Shown here in pieces: positions 39,240 through 53,308 of a DNA stretch of 64,000 nt. Where the stretch lies: NCBI RefSeq assembly GCF_006345805.1, contig NC_043003.1, positions 68,510,001 to 68,574,000 on the forward strand, given 5' to 3'. The number at the start of each line of letters is the position of its first letter. The stretch's first letter is position 1. The position numbers were made by a program, and so were the translations under genes. The stretch comes from Octopus sinensis (lineage: Eukaryota). The notes beneath the pieces are model-generated. The model did not search any database. It saw nothing but the letters and a program-made list of their open reading frames with translations, and was not told the DNA's origin.

Positions 39240-39455
39240 TTATCATTTCTACTAAAGGCACAAGTCCTGAAATTTGTGGGGAGAGGACAAGTCGATCATA
39301 TCGACGCCAGTGAAACACTGGTATTTGATTTATCAACATCGAAATAATGAAAGGTAAAGTCGACCTCACCGAAACTTGAACTCAGAACGTACTGACGAAC
39401 GAAATACCGCTAACCTGTGCGTCCAGCGCGCTAACTATTCAGCCTGCTCGCTGCT
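39240..39455 (-). mobile_element. SINE family A
   Basis: Reverse-complement similarity to 7443-7620. Confidence 0.8.
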
Positions 39456-40982
39456 CTGTATGAATTCATTAATTATTACATCATATAATATTAATTCATT
39501 AACTAAAATAGTAGATGAAAATTGGATGATGTTTGGCTATCATTTCTAGCAACTTGAACGATCACATAGGTATTTCATGTTTGGCTCGTTATAAACTTAA
39601 CTCTGAATCGAAAATAGTCTTATAATCAAGTGGCTATGAATTTATCTTCTAATCTCTGGCGCTGTCTATGTCTATTCACCTTAGCATATTATACTATACT
39701 TAAAGAGAAGAAATATGTTAATCTTAGCATATGTAAATAACGTGATTTGATTTTGAAAGAAAACCAATGGAATCTACACAGCGTAGAATCATAACAACTG
39801 TGTTGATATGCTCCTGAGAGATTTATTATTGAAATATTATGACGAATGTTTGAGATAAAATAATAGCCAGATGCTTCACGACTGCGAATTAGAAGTCTAT
39901 TGTTTTGACATTGAAATATAAAGAGATCATCATCATTCTAGTAGTTGATTCTTCCGTTAGTCAAAATATTGTCATTTTCGATTTATTTACTCTTGTCTAT
40001 TAGACATATTTCCTTTACTGCAATGAGAAATATCTTCCCTTACCGCAAGTCGCTCAATAGCGTTACGTAGATAAGAAGTTGAAGTTTGCATATAAGCTTC
40101 TCATATTTGATTCGTTATAGTTATATAAGGTAAAGCACGTGGATTATAGCTATTTTCTCAGAAATGAAGTAAAAAGAATTCATTGTTTATCAACTAAGAT
40201 AATATTTAGTCCACAAGCCAATGTTACTTGCATTATGTAATGTGTAGAACTGACTCTGAGGAGATATATGATTTCAGAACTTGCCAAAGAACCAACCTGT
40301 TGGAACTAAATACAATTCTTTTTATACACGAGTAACAATCTAATACCATTGTAGAAGCTGGTGTTCAAAAGGCTTCGATGTTTGAAGTGGAGAAATAAAT
40401 TATGACACAGAGACCGATATATTATCCTCTTTAACACTTTATCATAGACATACTACTTTGCTGCAATTTAAATTGTTTTCTGTCTAAAGTATAAACATTT
40501 CTTTTAACTTTCTAATACTTCAATCTGTTATGGAGAAATTTAATAGTCCGGTATAAATTTCAGTTAGATAATAAAGTTAGAAGAATATGAAATATTAGAC
40601 AATCTTCAGATCAATTTTACTTATACACTTGTATAGTTTCGCAATAATGATTCCGACAAAGAATTATAATAGCAATAGACAAATCAATGTCAGATTTTAT
40701 TACGCATCTGTCCGTATTTCGAGGAATATTCTTGGTAAACATACTTCATTCTTTAATTTCTGTTTTATTTCAGACTTTGTGAGGTTTAATGACTTACTAA
40801 TATGTCTTATATAAACCCTAAATCTAAGACTGTTAAGTGGAGAATAACGTATGGAATCAGATTGTTCCAGCATGGAACTGAAATCGGATGTCTTTCTCCT
40901 TTGAAACGCTCCGTCAAAAATCTATTATATTAACTGTGTAAGCTTGGTTTATACATATTTTTTTTTAATCAATTAGAAAGTG

Positions 40983-41168
40983 ATGGGCTGGCAGGGTCGT
41001 TAGCACGCCGAGAGAAATGCCTTATGGTAATTCTTCCGTCTTAAATTTTCAGTTCAAATTCCGCCGAGGTGAACTTTGCCTTTCGTCCTTTCGAAGTCGG
41101 TGAAGTAAGTACTAGTTGAGCGCTTGGGTCTAATTAATCGATCTACTCCTCCTCAAAATTACTAGTTT
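40983..41168 (+). mobile_element. SINE family A
   Basis: GGGCTGGCAGGGTCGTTAGCACGCCG...GTTCAAATTCCGCCGAGG. Confidence 0.85.
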
Positions 41169-44028
41169 TGTACAAACATTTTAATCACTTTAACTATTCC
41201 CCTAAGTATCGAGGCAACGTTTTAATACGAATTTTTTTAATGAGTTTAACGCCCATAGCTAAAGTAGACTCTCTCTACCCCGTAACTTTTCTCATGCAAT
41301 CGTATTCCCTTACACTTGGCTATTTCAAAGAAACGTCTAGATTTGCTCTAGTGTGAAGAGATTAGTCGGGGAGAATATTTAGACGTATTGCAGTTTGACC
41401 AAAAGACATCTTACCAATATGAGAATTTTAATACGGCAGGAATAAAATTTCTCTCACTTCATAACGACAGGGTTTACTTTGAATGCAAGCATACGTCGAT
41501 CTAGATAACTAGAACTGAAAGTGAAGATGCCATAAATTCATAATGCCATAGAAATGCAGAAAAGACATCCGCAAATTTACGAAAACTTCATGAGAGGTTA
41601 TAAATAATTGCATTCTGAAAAGCTTTGCACATAATATTGAATTCATGAGAGTCTTTTTGAAAGTGACATCCCCTATCCCAAAATTATATTTTGCTAGACA
41701 TAAATAGCACCGTTATTCAACATGTCAAGCTACATCTACAAATCGGGATATAAAATTTATCAAATATCTTATACACCACATCAATGAAGCTATTATTAAT
41801 ACTGTTTATGCCATCTAGATATGCCATTTCACTTCAACAGCATTCATATTTTAGTGAAACTTGTCCTTTCTTATGACATTCAGAAAAGCTCATAGATAAT
41901 GCCACAAACGTAGTCAGCGTTAAATTGTCATAACCATGTTTCTCTTATAGTCATCAGTATAGTGCTTGATTATATGTTGAGGCAAACATATAACAATAAA
42001 TGTTGTTCACCCATCGCTATTGCCGAATAAGACACATGTTGCATATCATTTTAGAATTACAAATATAAAATATAATGATCGCATTTTCTTAAGATACAAA
42101 AGCAAAATTATTAAGAAATATAGCTCCAAATGTTTCATATATAATAGGCGCCCGAGGAATACGAAATTAGACGTGTAATTTCATTACCACAAATTACATT
42201 TGCACATAAAATTAAGTAAAAGAGGAGTACATAAGAGTGTACATTAAGGTTAACATGTACAAGAACCTTCTGCCTACTCGACGCCTTTTCAACGTAGGAT
42301 ATGCCTAACAGTTTCCAAATAGGCTTTTGTAATGTTACCCGTCTGCCAAATTGCAGTGAGTAAGGTTTAGCCAACTAGTGGTGTGATAAGGAATAAACGA
42401 CATATCAAAGGACATGGGCAGCCAAATCGAAACCTCCAAAACATTAGTGTGAATCAATATACTGAAAGAGAGAATCATTTCTAAATCCATCCACAGCGTT
42501 AAATATGTTATAAATCTATATTCGGCAAAAATACAGAACCATTTAGCTTGTTAATTGAAAATCATATATTATTAAAATAGCTAAGAGCCGAGTGTGAAAC
42601 CTTTCTTATTTGAATCTGGTAATTTTGGAAATTGGATTAGATTCTTGTATGGTTAGCCTGCACCATTTGCAAAAGAATTGAAAATACAATGTAGTGAGGA
42701 GGAACTACGTTCTGGGAAGAGCAAGATGTTCCTAAGGACATCCAACCATGTTTAAAAAGGAAGAACACATGACATGTAGTTTTAGATACTCTTTAAACAA
42801 CAGGATAATCAACATATTTTCACCAAAAACTTGCTGCACTGGTTTGGACCTTGAGCTAGGCATTCACGCATCAAAACTCTTTTGATAATTACAGTTCAAA
42901 ATTTCTTCAGTTCACGTAACTGAAGAATGCTAAAGAATTTATTTACCAATGACTGCAAGACAACTTGTAGGTAGTATGCACTCAATTGGAATCAAAACTT
43001 ATTTAAGAAATATTACGAATCATCATCCCTAGGCTTTCATAACAATTTCGTGTTGCTCTTTCATGTGTACATAGGTTTATGAAGGTTTATAGATGTTTAG
43101 CAGCAAATACGGGAATTATCCCTCTGGATCTAAAGATATATATAGAGGCTGAAGTAATTATTTGTTTGAGCACTGATAAGAAAACCTCATCGTATATGCA
43201 TTATAAAGTAATTGTGCGAGCTCTGAATTATAATATTGAGAAATACAAGATGAGGACAAGAGGCGCCTTCTAGCATAAATCAATTTCTTTTACATTAGAT
43301 ATACAAAATAAGTGTGGAGTTTTAAATCATGGAGATATTGTAAGATATTGGTATTTTGCAAAACAGGTTAGGAATGCAGGTTGTAGTATTTAACAAGAAT
43401 CACGAGATATATACAAATTCACACGAATTCACAGCGCTTACATAAACATACATATGGATATGTAAATGTACATACAAATTAATATATACGTCTTGTGTGT
43501 ATGTGTGTGTTTGTATGTGTGACTGTGAACGTGAGCGTTTGAGAATGTCTTTGTTGATGGACTAACAGCTAACAAAATGTAAAGCTATTCTTTATAAACT
43601 CTGAAAATTGAAACGTTTATCGAAAAACTGTTGCATAGTATCAGCTGCTACTTGTTATAGTGTGATTTAATATACTACTAGTGATTTCAGTATCAAAGAA
43701 AATTGTTAATGCTTTGCCGTATACACAGACAGAGAGACAGGCACACGCGGACCCATACACACACACGCATACACACATATGCACACACATAAATATGTAT
43801 ATAAGACTTGCAATGCCCAGTGGTTAAGGGAAATGTGTGGATGTTTATATATATATATATATGTATATATATGCATATATATATATATATATATGTGTGT
43901 GTGTATTTGTGTGTGTGCTGCTTTTAAGTAAAGCATATTACTCTACCTCTGGTATTTGATTACTCTTTCTTCCACCTTGTTTCACATTTATGTGCTTTCT
44001 CCGGTATGTATATGTATATCATATATAT

Positions 44029-44060
<32 letters not shown>

Positions 44061-44074
44061 ATAGAGAGAGAGAG

Positions 44075-44154
<80 letters not shown>

Positions 44155-44580
44155 TGTGTGTGTGTGTGTGTGTATGCATACAGAGAAAGGGAGAGGGAGA
44201 AGATGGTATAGATCTTACAAATTCATTTAGAAGCGCATCTTTAGTTCAGTACAAAGATTAGTACAGCAATTTGTGGTGTAGTATCCTGTCATTTTACAAC
44301 GAAAAATGGCAGACTATCACCTGATAAAACGGTGTTGTTACGTAGCAATTATAATTTACATAATGTTATCTAATATACTATGTAAACGAATTCTTTTTGG
44401 TAGTAAATCATATTATTGAAATTCCTCTGCTGATATTTTAAACTATCCATTTTTGTCTATCCTATACACACGCATACAAAGACATACACACTCATACATG
44501 TGCATATATATGTAACATACGGTATAAATATAAACGGCAAATTTTAGCCATTTCTCCGCAGACTGGAAAAATTATGAACA

Positions 44581-44623
44581 ACCTAAATCGATTTTCGAAT
44601 CTTTTTGAGTTCTCATCAGAGGC
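44581..44623 (-). ncRNA. Type I hammerhead ribozyme motif with canonical core
   Basis: GCCU-CUGAUGA-GAA(C)UC[AAAAA]GAUUC-GAAA-AUCGAU-UU-AGGU; palindromic helix III AAUCGAUU. Confidence 0.72.
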
Positions 44624-44819
44624 GTCCACAACATTCTGGTACATATAAATCAAAAGCGAGATGGAAATGATTTTTTTGTATACATATTTAACCCTGACTG
44701 TTTATACCCATTACTTACGCTTTTGTACTTCATACACAGTTCTGAGAGTATTGTTTGAACACCCATATGCACACAACCTTCTTACACATACATACACATA
44801 CACATATATATGCAAATAT

Positions 44820-44861
<42 letters not shown>

Positions 44862-44874
44862 ATATATATATTTA

Positions 44875-45265
44875 TGTCAGGTCACTTTCGAGTGCTACTT
44901 GTAACATGTAACTCAGTACAATCTGTTGCATGGTCGGGTCGTCGGCGACTAAACCGGCAACCCCACCAAGCTTGCTTGGTGAGGAGGGTGTTTATTGGAC
45001 ACCGTGCGGGATGAAAAACAAAATCCATCAAAGGAAAGGGCGGAGGAACTCTTGAGAATCAACGGCTATCCAATAAATGTCTTAAAGATGTATCATGCGC
45101 GGGGATATAAAAATAATCGGACTGAATACCCAATCGCGCGGTTAAACCATTGGGAGTGAAGGACTCTTACCCTTTGTTAGGGCATCCTTCTAGGAGAAGT
45201 TAACTCAGGTAACTGGGATAACTCCGGCATAAACGTGCGGCTCAGTGGTTACCGATGATGTTGAC
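44875..45265 (+). mobile_element. Probable LINE 5'UTR-derived repeat
   Basis: GGGCATCCTTCTAGGAGAAG..AACTC motif resembles RTE/L2-type leaders; recall-based, with a single copy in the window. Confidence 0.3.
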
Positions 45266-45551
45266 TGTTTCTTCTTTTCGGATTATAGCTGCTGTTGCTT
45301 AGTGAGTGGGATTGACTCAGTGCACAGCTTTTCCTCACTTTAAAAAAAATCTTCTTGCACAGGCATTGCACGATAACAACATTGATTAAGCTTCGTACAA
45401 TGGCCATACTCGATAACGAGGGGGCAGCCACCATATATATATATAAATATATATATAAAGTGAAAATTTACAAAAAAACCCCCCAAAAAACGAAGACTGG
45501 TGTGTAAACAACAAACAGATGTATCAGCTTAACGCTCGGGAAGTGAGGAAT

Positions 45552-45589
45552 ACTTTTACGTTTCGAGCCTACGCTCTTCGACAGTAAGT
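45552..45589 (-). ncRNA. Minimal type I hammerhead-like motif with CUGUCGA core, in a 200-bp repeat flanked by (AT)n
   Basis: ACUUA-CUGUCGA-A-GAGC[GUAG]GCUC-GAAA-CG-UA-AAAGU. Confidence 0.5.
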
Positions 45590-45649
45590 AACATAGAAAA
45601 AAAACAGGGTGAGTAATTTAGAAAAAAGCTTAGTGGTTAGCGATCTATC

Positions 45650-45700
<51 letters not shown>

Positions 45701-46010
45701 GGGGTTTGTATGATTGCGTATAGAGGGATATATATTATTCATAGGAATTCCAACTCTGTTTTTATGTTTCATTTATATTCTTTATAATATTAGTGTAGAA
45801 TATAGAATGTAGAATATAAATAGTATATATAGTAAAATATAATGAAGTATTGATTGTTTTAATGAATAGATGAAATATTGAATATCAAATATTAAGGGAC
45901 TAGTGTACTTTCTTGCATTTAAGCAGTCTTCAACGTCCCAGGTTGTGCAACCTGGGACCTTATAATACAAATATATTAATTATTATTACTATTATACCTC
46001 TGTTTATGAC

Positions 46011-46622
46011 GGCGAGCTGGCAAATCATTAGCATGCCGGGCGAAATGCTTAGTACTATTTTGTCTGCCGCTACGGTCTGATTTCAAATTCCGCCGAGGTG
46101 GAATTTGCCCTTCATCATTTCGTGTTCGATCAAATAAGTACCAATGAAATACTGGGGATTGATGTAACCGACTAGTCCCCTCCCTAAAAATTTCAGGCCT
46201 TGTGCCTTTAGTAGAAAGCATTATTATTTAGGCTGCGAGCTGGCAGAAACGTTAGCACGCCAATTGCTTAACGGTATTTCATCTGCCTCTAGGTTCTGAG
46301 TTTAATTTCCACTGAGGTCGATATTGCCTTTCATCCTTTCGGGGTCGATTAAATAAGTACCAGTTACGTACTGGGGGTCAATGTAATCGACTTAATCCGT
46401 TTGTCTGTCATTGTTTGTCCCCTCTGTGTTTGGCCTTGTGGGTAGTAAAGAAATAGGTATTCCATCTGCCGCTGTGTTCTGAGTTCAAATTCTACCGATG
46501 TAGACTTTGCCTTTCATTCTTTCGGATTCGATAAATTAAATACCAGTTGAACACTGGGGTCAATGTAATCGACACAACCTCTCCTCCCAAATTCCAGCAT
46601 TTGTGGCAAAATTTAAAATCAT
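46011..46622 (+). mobile_element. SINE family A cluster: monomer (46011-46220) plus head-to-tail dimer (46229-46457, 46458-46622)
   Basis: Same AAATAGG|TATT junction as at 7676. Confidence 0.9.
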
Positions 46623-47354
46623 CATTATACCTCTGTTTGTTTTGATATCAAGATTGAACATAATCGACCTTGTTTGTAAAAATTATTGGACATATGTTTG
46701 CACCCTTTAACCAAATTCCGTTTCAGCATTTGTGCCCATACTGAAAGAAAAAATGCTTAAAACTTTTCACTTTTCAACCCACACATACACTCATTCTCGT
46801 AAAGAAAGTTAGTGAGAATGAAAGGCATGAAAACAGATGAAATTTGCTGCACTATAAATTCTTCAATATATGTTCTAATGAAACTGTTTAACTTCCAATT
46901 TTAGGAGACACGACCATATCCTAAACTACATGCTTCTAGACTGTAGAATTAATGCTGAAGTCATCCTTATGTAGCGTGCATAAGCTTTAGTTTTTCCATT
47001 TCTAATTGACTATTCGCATTTGCAGTTAATTCTCTGTAAACTGCCGTTATTCTTCGTAGGATTGAAAAAAGTATTGATTTCATGACACTGCTCTTAACAG
47101 TTAATCATTTAATTTATTTTCGCATTACTGATAACAAATCTTGTCATAGCAAAAGAGGAAACAAAACAAAAAACAAAAAATAAAAAATCCAGTAACCACA
47201 TGCAATTGTTTGCCTCGTTCTGCATAGCATTCCAATACATTTAAGCTACATTTAATGTTTCTACCGAAATAATACGTGTCATTCTCCGTCGCCTCCCGAT
47301 TTCTTGATATATATATATCAATCCATATATATATACATATGGAATGATACATGC

Positions 47355-47433
<79 letters not shown>

Positions 47434-47611
47434 AATAAGGATAATATCGATATTTAAATAGAGCTTATTTGAAGCAAAGCTAGAAATCTTGAATTTTTTT
47501 GCTAGTCTATTTTGTCCCTCTGTGCGATATGAACATTTAGGGTGGTCCTTAGAGTCAGGGATTTGACTGCTATTTCGGCATGGTGGTGTCTCTCAGATAC
47601 CCTTATTTTTA

Positions 47612-47668
<57 letters not shown>

Positions 47669-47689
47669 CATACGTACAATTATTATCCA

Positions 47690-48010
47690 TATAGTCGTCG
47701 GTTACGACAACGCGGGTCCCAGCTGATACGACCAACGGAACAGCATGCTCGTGAAATAAACGTGCAAGTGGCTGCGCAATCCATAGACGCGTGTAGCTCC
47801 AATGTAGTTCTTAGGGAGATTCAGTGTGACACGGAGTGTGACAAGGCTGGACCTTTGAAATACATCTACAACTCATTTTTCCAGTTGAGTGGATCGGAGC
47901 AACGTGAAATAAAATGTCATTGTCAAGGATACAATGACTCGTTGGGAAATGAACTCACGATCTTACAATCGTGAGTCGAATGCCATAACCACTAAGCCAC
48001 GTACCTTCAC
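47690..48010 (-). mobile_element. tRNA-derived CORE-like SINE, near complete
   Basis: tRNA-like head at 48010, TTTCACGTTGCTCC..CCACTCAACTGG core; the 3' part matches 52900-53040. Confidence 0.8.
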
Positions 48011-48693
48011 CATATATTCATATATATGATATGTATGCATATGCTAATACATTTATGCATTCATGTATGTGAACAGTTGCGTTAATATATAATTTACATA
48101 CGCGCGCGCATCACATTTTCTCTTCTTTCACTTCACCCTGCACCTTTCATTTTTCTCTCGGCTCTCCTTAATACTTCTATTCCTCTGTCTCGACTTCTCT
48201 TCTCGCCCCACGTGACCGGTGTTCGGCCAAGCCTGACCTTTCTTTTGTGGTTCGACTACCATCCGTGCAACATCTATATTCCACCCTGTGCTTGTCAAAA
48301 CTGATGTCCCTACCGTAAGGCTTAACTTCCACACACGCCAGCATAATTTAATTCGTCATTATTCGAAACACACCTTTTGTTATGTCCTGTTATTTGCATT
48401 TGTATTTGTGTAACATTTTCCCGTTTTTTTCCGTCCCTGTTTTCGTATACGTTCGCTGATTTCTTCCAAGGAATCTAATGCTCTTAGCATTTTTTCCTTG
48501 GGGCTGGCCAGATTGGAGCAATCTCGAGTATAACCAGCCGAAATTGCAAAGATAATTATTAACTCGACTGAGGAAAGAAAACTCCAAATGTCTCGTCATT
48601 GTTTCCTTGCTTCGTCTTTCTTAATGTTTTGCTTCCCTTTTTTGCATCACCTAACCTCTGGATGTTTTGCATTCTTGTCCTAATTTTGTATTT

Positions 48694-48827
<134 letters not shown>

Positions 48828-48829
48828 TT

Positions 48830-49705
48830 GAGACACCAGCATAGTATGTAAAAATACCATAGAACTGCTATTATTAGAAGTAAGAAAATATAATGGAAGA
48901 TTGCAAAGAAACACTTGAGAATGAATGAAACTGAAAATAGTGGATAAAGAAAAGAATGCACAGATAATTTTATAGAGATGTTGAAGATAGAAAAAAACGA
49001 GACAGAGAAAAACGATGGCTATGGATGACTAAAAGCCTCTAATCCGCCATGCCGAAGAGCAAGCATAAAATACCAATTACATCAAATACAGAATAGACAA
49101 CACATCAGAAAGTGATAAGTACAGAATTTGTAGACAAAATGGTGAAACCGTATGATATATTACCAGTCAACGTACGCCACTAGCCCAGAAAGAATATGAG
49201 AGACGCCACGACAATATAGCAAGGGTTGTCCATTGGACAGTTTTCGATAAGTATGGACTTGACAGAGCAAAAAATTGGTACGAACATAAACCCGAAGGCA
49301 TCATAGAAAATGGCAATGCAAAGATCCTATGGAATTTTATGATTCAGTGTGACCAGGAGATACAGAATAGGAAACAAGACATAGCGTAAATAGAGAAAGA
49401 AAGCAAACGATGCTGGATCAATGATATAGCATGCCCAGCTAACAACAAGGTATGCGATAAGGAAGAAAGAAAAGTCGATAGATATGACAGGTTAGGTTGG
49501 GAGGTTAAGCAGTCGTGGTCTCTGAAAAAAGGAGGTAGTAGTGCCAATAATTGTCGGAGGCCTGGGAATGGTGAGTAAAAATCTTGAGAGGTACATAGCA
49601 CAAATAAGGGCGACAATAAGTGTGGATTACTTGTAGAAAAATAAATTGCTTGGTACCACTCGATTACTCCGGATGGGGCTCGAAAACTAAGGGCTGTTAC
49701 TTTAG
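48830..49705 (+). mobile_element. R4/Dong-like non-LTR 3' fragment (CCHC knuckle plus RLE)
   Basis: YRICRQNGETV..EYERRHDNIARVVHW..WYEHKPEGIIENGNAKILWNF..RKQDI..DIACP..VPIIVGGLG..LLGTTRLLR. Confidence 0.88.
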
Positions 49706-49777
49706 TTTACTGGTAGTGAACAGCTGACACCGTAGTACATCTCCAGCGTTAGAAGGTGTGCAAAGACAATAAAATAA

Positions 49778-49960
49778 TAATGATAATGGTTTCAAATTTC
49801 TCTACAAGTGCAGCCATTTGGGGGGGGGGGTTATGTGTCGGGTACATTGACCCCAGTGTTTCACTGGTTCTTAGTTTATCGACCCCAAACGGATGAAAGG
49901 CAAATAAGAACTCGGCGAAATTTGAACTCAGAACGTGGCGACGGACGAAATACTGACAAG
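49778..49960 (-). mobile_element. SINE family A, 5'-truncated
   Basis: Reverse-complement similarity to the 7500-7620 body. Confidence 0.75.
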
Positions 49961-50457
49961 TTGGGGGAAAGGTTTCAGGCGGGTAAACTGAAATCATCCT
50001 CTCTCTCGATAATCGAAGCTGAAACCACTACCATGCGGTACCATGACTGCAGAGCGAACTTGTTAACTGTCTGTCTATTCTGTGCCTACAGAACTGTTTT
50101 AAATAAGTATAAAGAACATTTGGTCTTATTCTGCCAAGAATACGGCTCGTTTATATGAATCGTATTGTCGCTTGAATAGACAGACAACCTAGCGTTTGTG
50201 TCTTATCGCCACTTAATAAGATATTACCAATAAATATAATGTAAGGCGAAAATAGAATTTGCCAACATTATAACTACGCGAATAGATGCACAAAACTCAA
50301 TGGGAAAATACTTCATCGGTAATTTCACAATTTCGTCCAACTAAAATTGCTAATCATATAGAAATATTGAATGCCACGATAAATTCATGTAGTTCTGTAT
50401 AGTGACTTGGCTGCTGCCCATTCTTTCTTTCTAATTCTCACTTTTACACACACACGC

Positions 50458-50518
<61 letters not shown>

Positions 50519-51786
50519 TAATTATATATATATATATATATATGGGGGGGGCGTGTGTGTGCCTGTGTGCGTGTTTGTGCGTGTGTGCATGTGTGCATAT
50601 ATATATACATATACATGTATATGTGTGAGTGTATTTGTATGTATGTATGTGTGTGTATTTGTATACACGAGTGACTCTATGCGTATATTTGTGTTGTGTA
50701 AAGTAAGCAAGGAATGATGTTATTTCCACCTTTCAACACATGCCTTAATGCCAATTCGCAAACATTAAATAAACATTCATGAGCCATGATGAATATCAAT
50801 TGATCTTAGTCATATGTGTGATTATTTAAGCTCACTGAACGCAATTAAGAGTAGACTGAAACGAATTCTCTCACCGTTCTACAGACGTGGTGTTCTCTGG
50901 TAAGTGTCTTGCGTATGTTTGTGTATATGAAGACCAGGAAATTGGCTGCGGGCTACTTGTAATTTAAATTAAAGGGAAAAGTTTAAGATGACAGGGAAGC
51001 AAAATTTATTCAAGTGAATCTTTAGAATCTAGATTAAAATTTAGTTCATAATCCTACAGGGTATTAAAGAATTTTTGTGACCCGAGTCTTAGATCTATTA
51101 TGGATAACTTTCGACTGATCATGAATCAATGTTCCATTTTTTTCTGTTTCAGGAGTAGTTTATTTAGAACTATAATTCCAGTATATATTTAAGTCACTCT
51201 GCTACGTTTAGAACGTGTTATATGTATTAATTTTAGCATTTGAAGCCATTGCTTCGAGGTTTTTCATTGACTTGCCATAACGGTTTGATGTCCTCTTGTA
51301 CATTTAGACTTTAGATATATGTAAATAGATATATGTTTACAATTAGATATTAAACATATATACATATATGTCTGTGTGGTAGGAAGCTTCCTAACTAACT
51401 ACAGGATTCCATGTTCGGAAAATGACTTCAACAATTGCCGCAGCCCGACCAAAACCTTGCGGGTGGAGTTTCCAGTTATTTCCATTCGTAAATATTAACA
51501 AACGAAATTGCGGTACATAGGTAATCGTTTTATTTTGTATATTTTCATTTGTCTTGCTCGTTTTTACATTCTGGCGTATGCTGACATTTTCTTGGGAACA
51601 CACACTTCGTGGAAGGCGAGTTGACGTCTACCTTTAACATATTAAGAATCCACTTTGGTGGTCATTCCTCTTATATTTGTATGGAACATAATTTTTAATC
51701 TTCAGATGTTTTAAAATATGCTGGTTTTAACTGATGTTAATTGATAAATATCAATTCCTACCTTCATTTTTAAATTTATATAAATA

Positions 51787-51870
<84 letters not shown>

Positions 51871-51910
51871 CATGTATGTATATATATGTGCGTGTGTGTG
51901 TGTACATACA

Positions 51911-52396
51911 TATGGATCAAAACAGTTTGATTCAAATTCGTTGGTACTCCGAATTTCAAGCGTGATGCAAGTGTTCAGACATTTTGAATTTGAATGAAAG
52001 AAATCGAATGTTATTACCGTAAGGTGGGTTGCGATTGGTCGAGGAAGGTCACATGGGGACGTGGTTTGATGTTGGTATATCGGTATCATCTCGACAACAG
52101 TTAGTTGGAAAATGCTGCATGGTGAACAGGAAAATCAACCGCGTAGTGGACGGGAAATCGGTCGAGTTGTTAGAGGGGAAGTAGGAAGGCGTGCTCTGCG
52201 CAGCCACTCTTTCCTACTTCCCCTGCAGACACCTGACCGATTTCCTGTCCGCTACGCAGTCGCTTTCCTTTCCACAACGCGGTCGATTTCCTGTTCGCCA
52301 TACGGTATTTTCCAACCATATGTTGTTGCTGATATACTGTTGGGACTACGCTTGAAACTCGGAATTTCAATTTGAATAAAAATGTTTTGATCCATA
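51911..52396. mobile_element. Foldback-type MITE with outer and inner inverted repeats
   Basis: Ends TATGGATCAAAAC / GTTTTGATCCATA; inner arms at about 52075-52188 and 52210-52337 built from GGAAATCG.CCGCGT.GTGGA subrepeats. Confidence 0.8.
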
Positions 52397-52454
52397 CATG
52401 TAACTCCCAATAAATGTGTTAAGTGCCCTTCTTTCGTTTATCCACGCACTAGTG

Positions 52455-52535
<81 letters not shown>

Positions 52536-52599
52536 GTATATATATATATATGTTATATATATATATGTATATGAATGTATGTATGTATCTGTGTATTCC

Positions 52600-52765
52600 A
52601 TTTGTGTCTGTGTTTTCTTCTCATCGTCGCTTGACAACAGGTCTTGGAGTGTTTAAGTCCCCTTAACTTACCGGTTCGACAAAAGGAACCGATAGAATAA
52701 GTACTGGGTTTCAAAAATAAGCGCTGGGGTCTAATTGTTCGACTAAATACCTTTAGTTCGATTAA
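52600..52765 (+). mobile_element. SINE family C, 3' half
   Basis: GCTTGACAAC..GTGTTTAAGTCCCCTTAACTTA.CGGTTCG.CAAAAG..ACCGATAGAATAAGTACTGGG. Confidence 0.75.
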
Positions 52766-52879
52766 AAACCTTCTATTGTCAATGGTAGAACACGACTATC
52801 ACTACGACTACATAAACCTGATGATTATGTAACACATGAAATCACAACCACTAGATCGTGAGTGCAGTAACTGTACTAT

Positions 52880-53050
52880 TTCACCACAGCTTTCACCATT
52901 TCTTCCTATTTCAAAGGGTCACCAATGTCACACTCTGTATCACACTGAATCTACTCGAGTGTGGTCAGCCACTTGCACGTTAATTTCACGAGCAGACTGT
53001 TCCGTTGATTAGATCAACTGGAACGCTCATCGTCGTAAACGGCGGAGTAC
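52880..53050 (+). mobile_element. CORE-like SINE 3' fragment
   Basis: Reverse-complement match to 47700-47860. Confidence 0.7.
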
Positions 53051-53070
53051 CGCGACGATACATACTTATG

Positions 53071-53117
<47 letters not shown>

Positions 53118-53240
53118 GCATGTATGTCAGTATATATGTATGTATATTTGTACATGTTACATGATATATAGTGACATTAATAAGCAATCTTAATAATTAT
53201 ATACACAAAGCATCTAGTTCACAGACATACATATAGACAG

Positions 53241-53308
<68 letters not shown>

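Noticed and set aside
44930-45030. Possible HDV-like ribozyme in the LINE-leader-like repeat
   Set aside because: No UCCUCG loop or nested double pseudoknot could be built.
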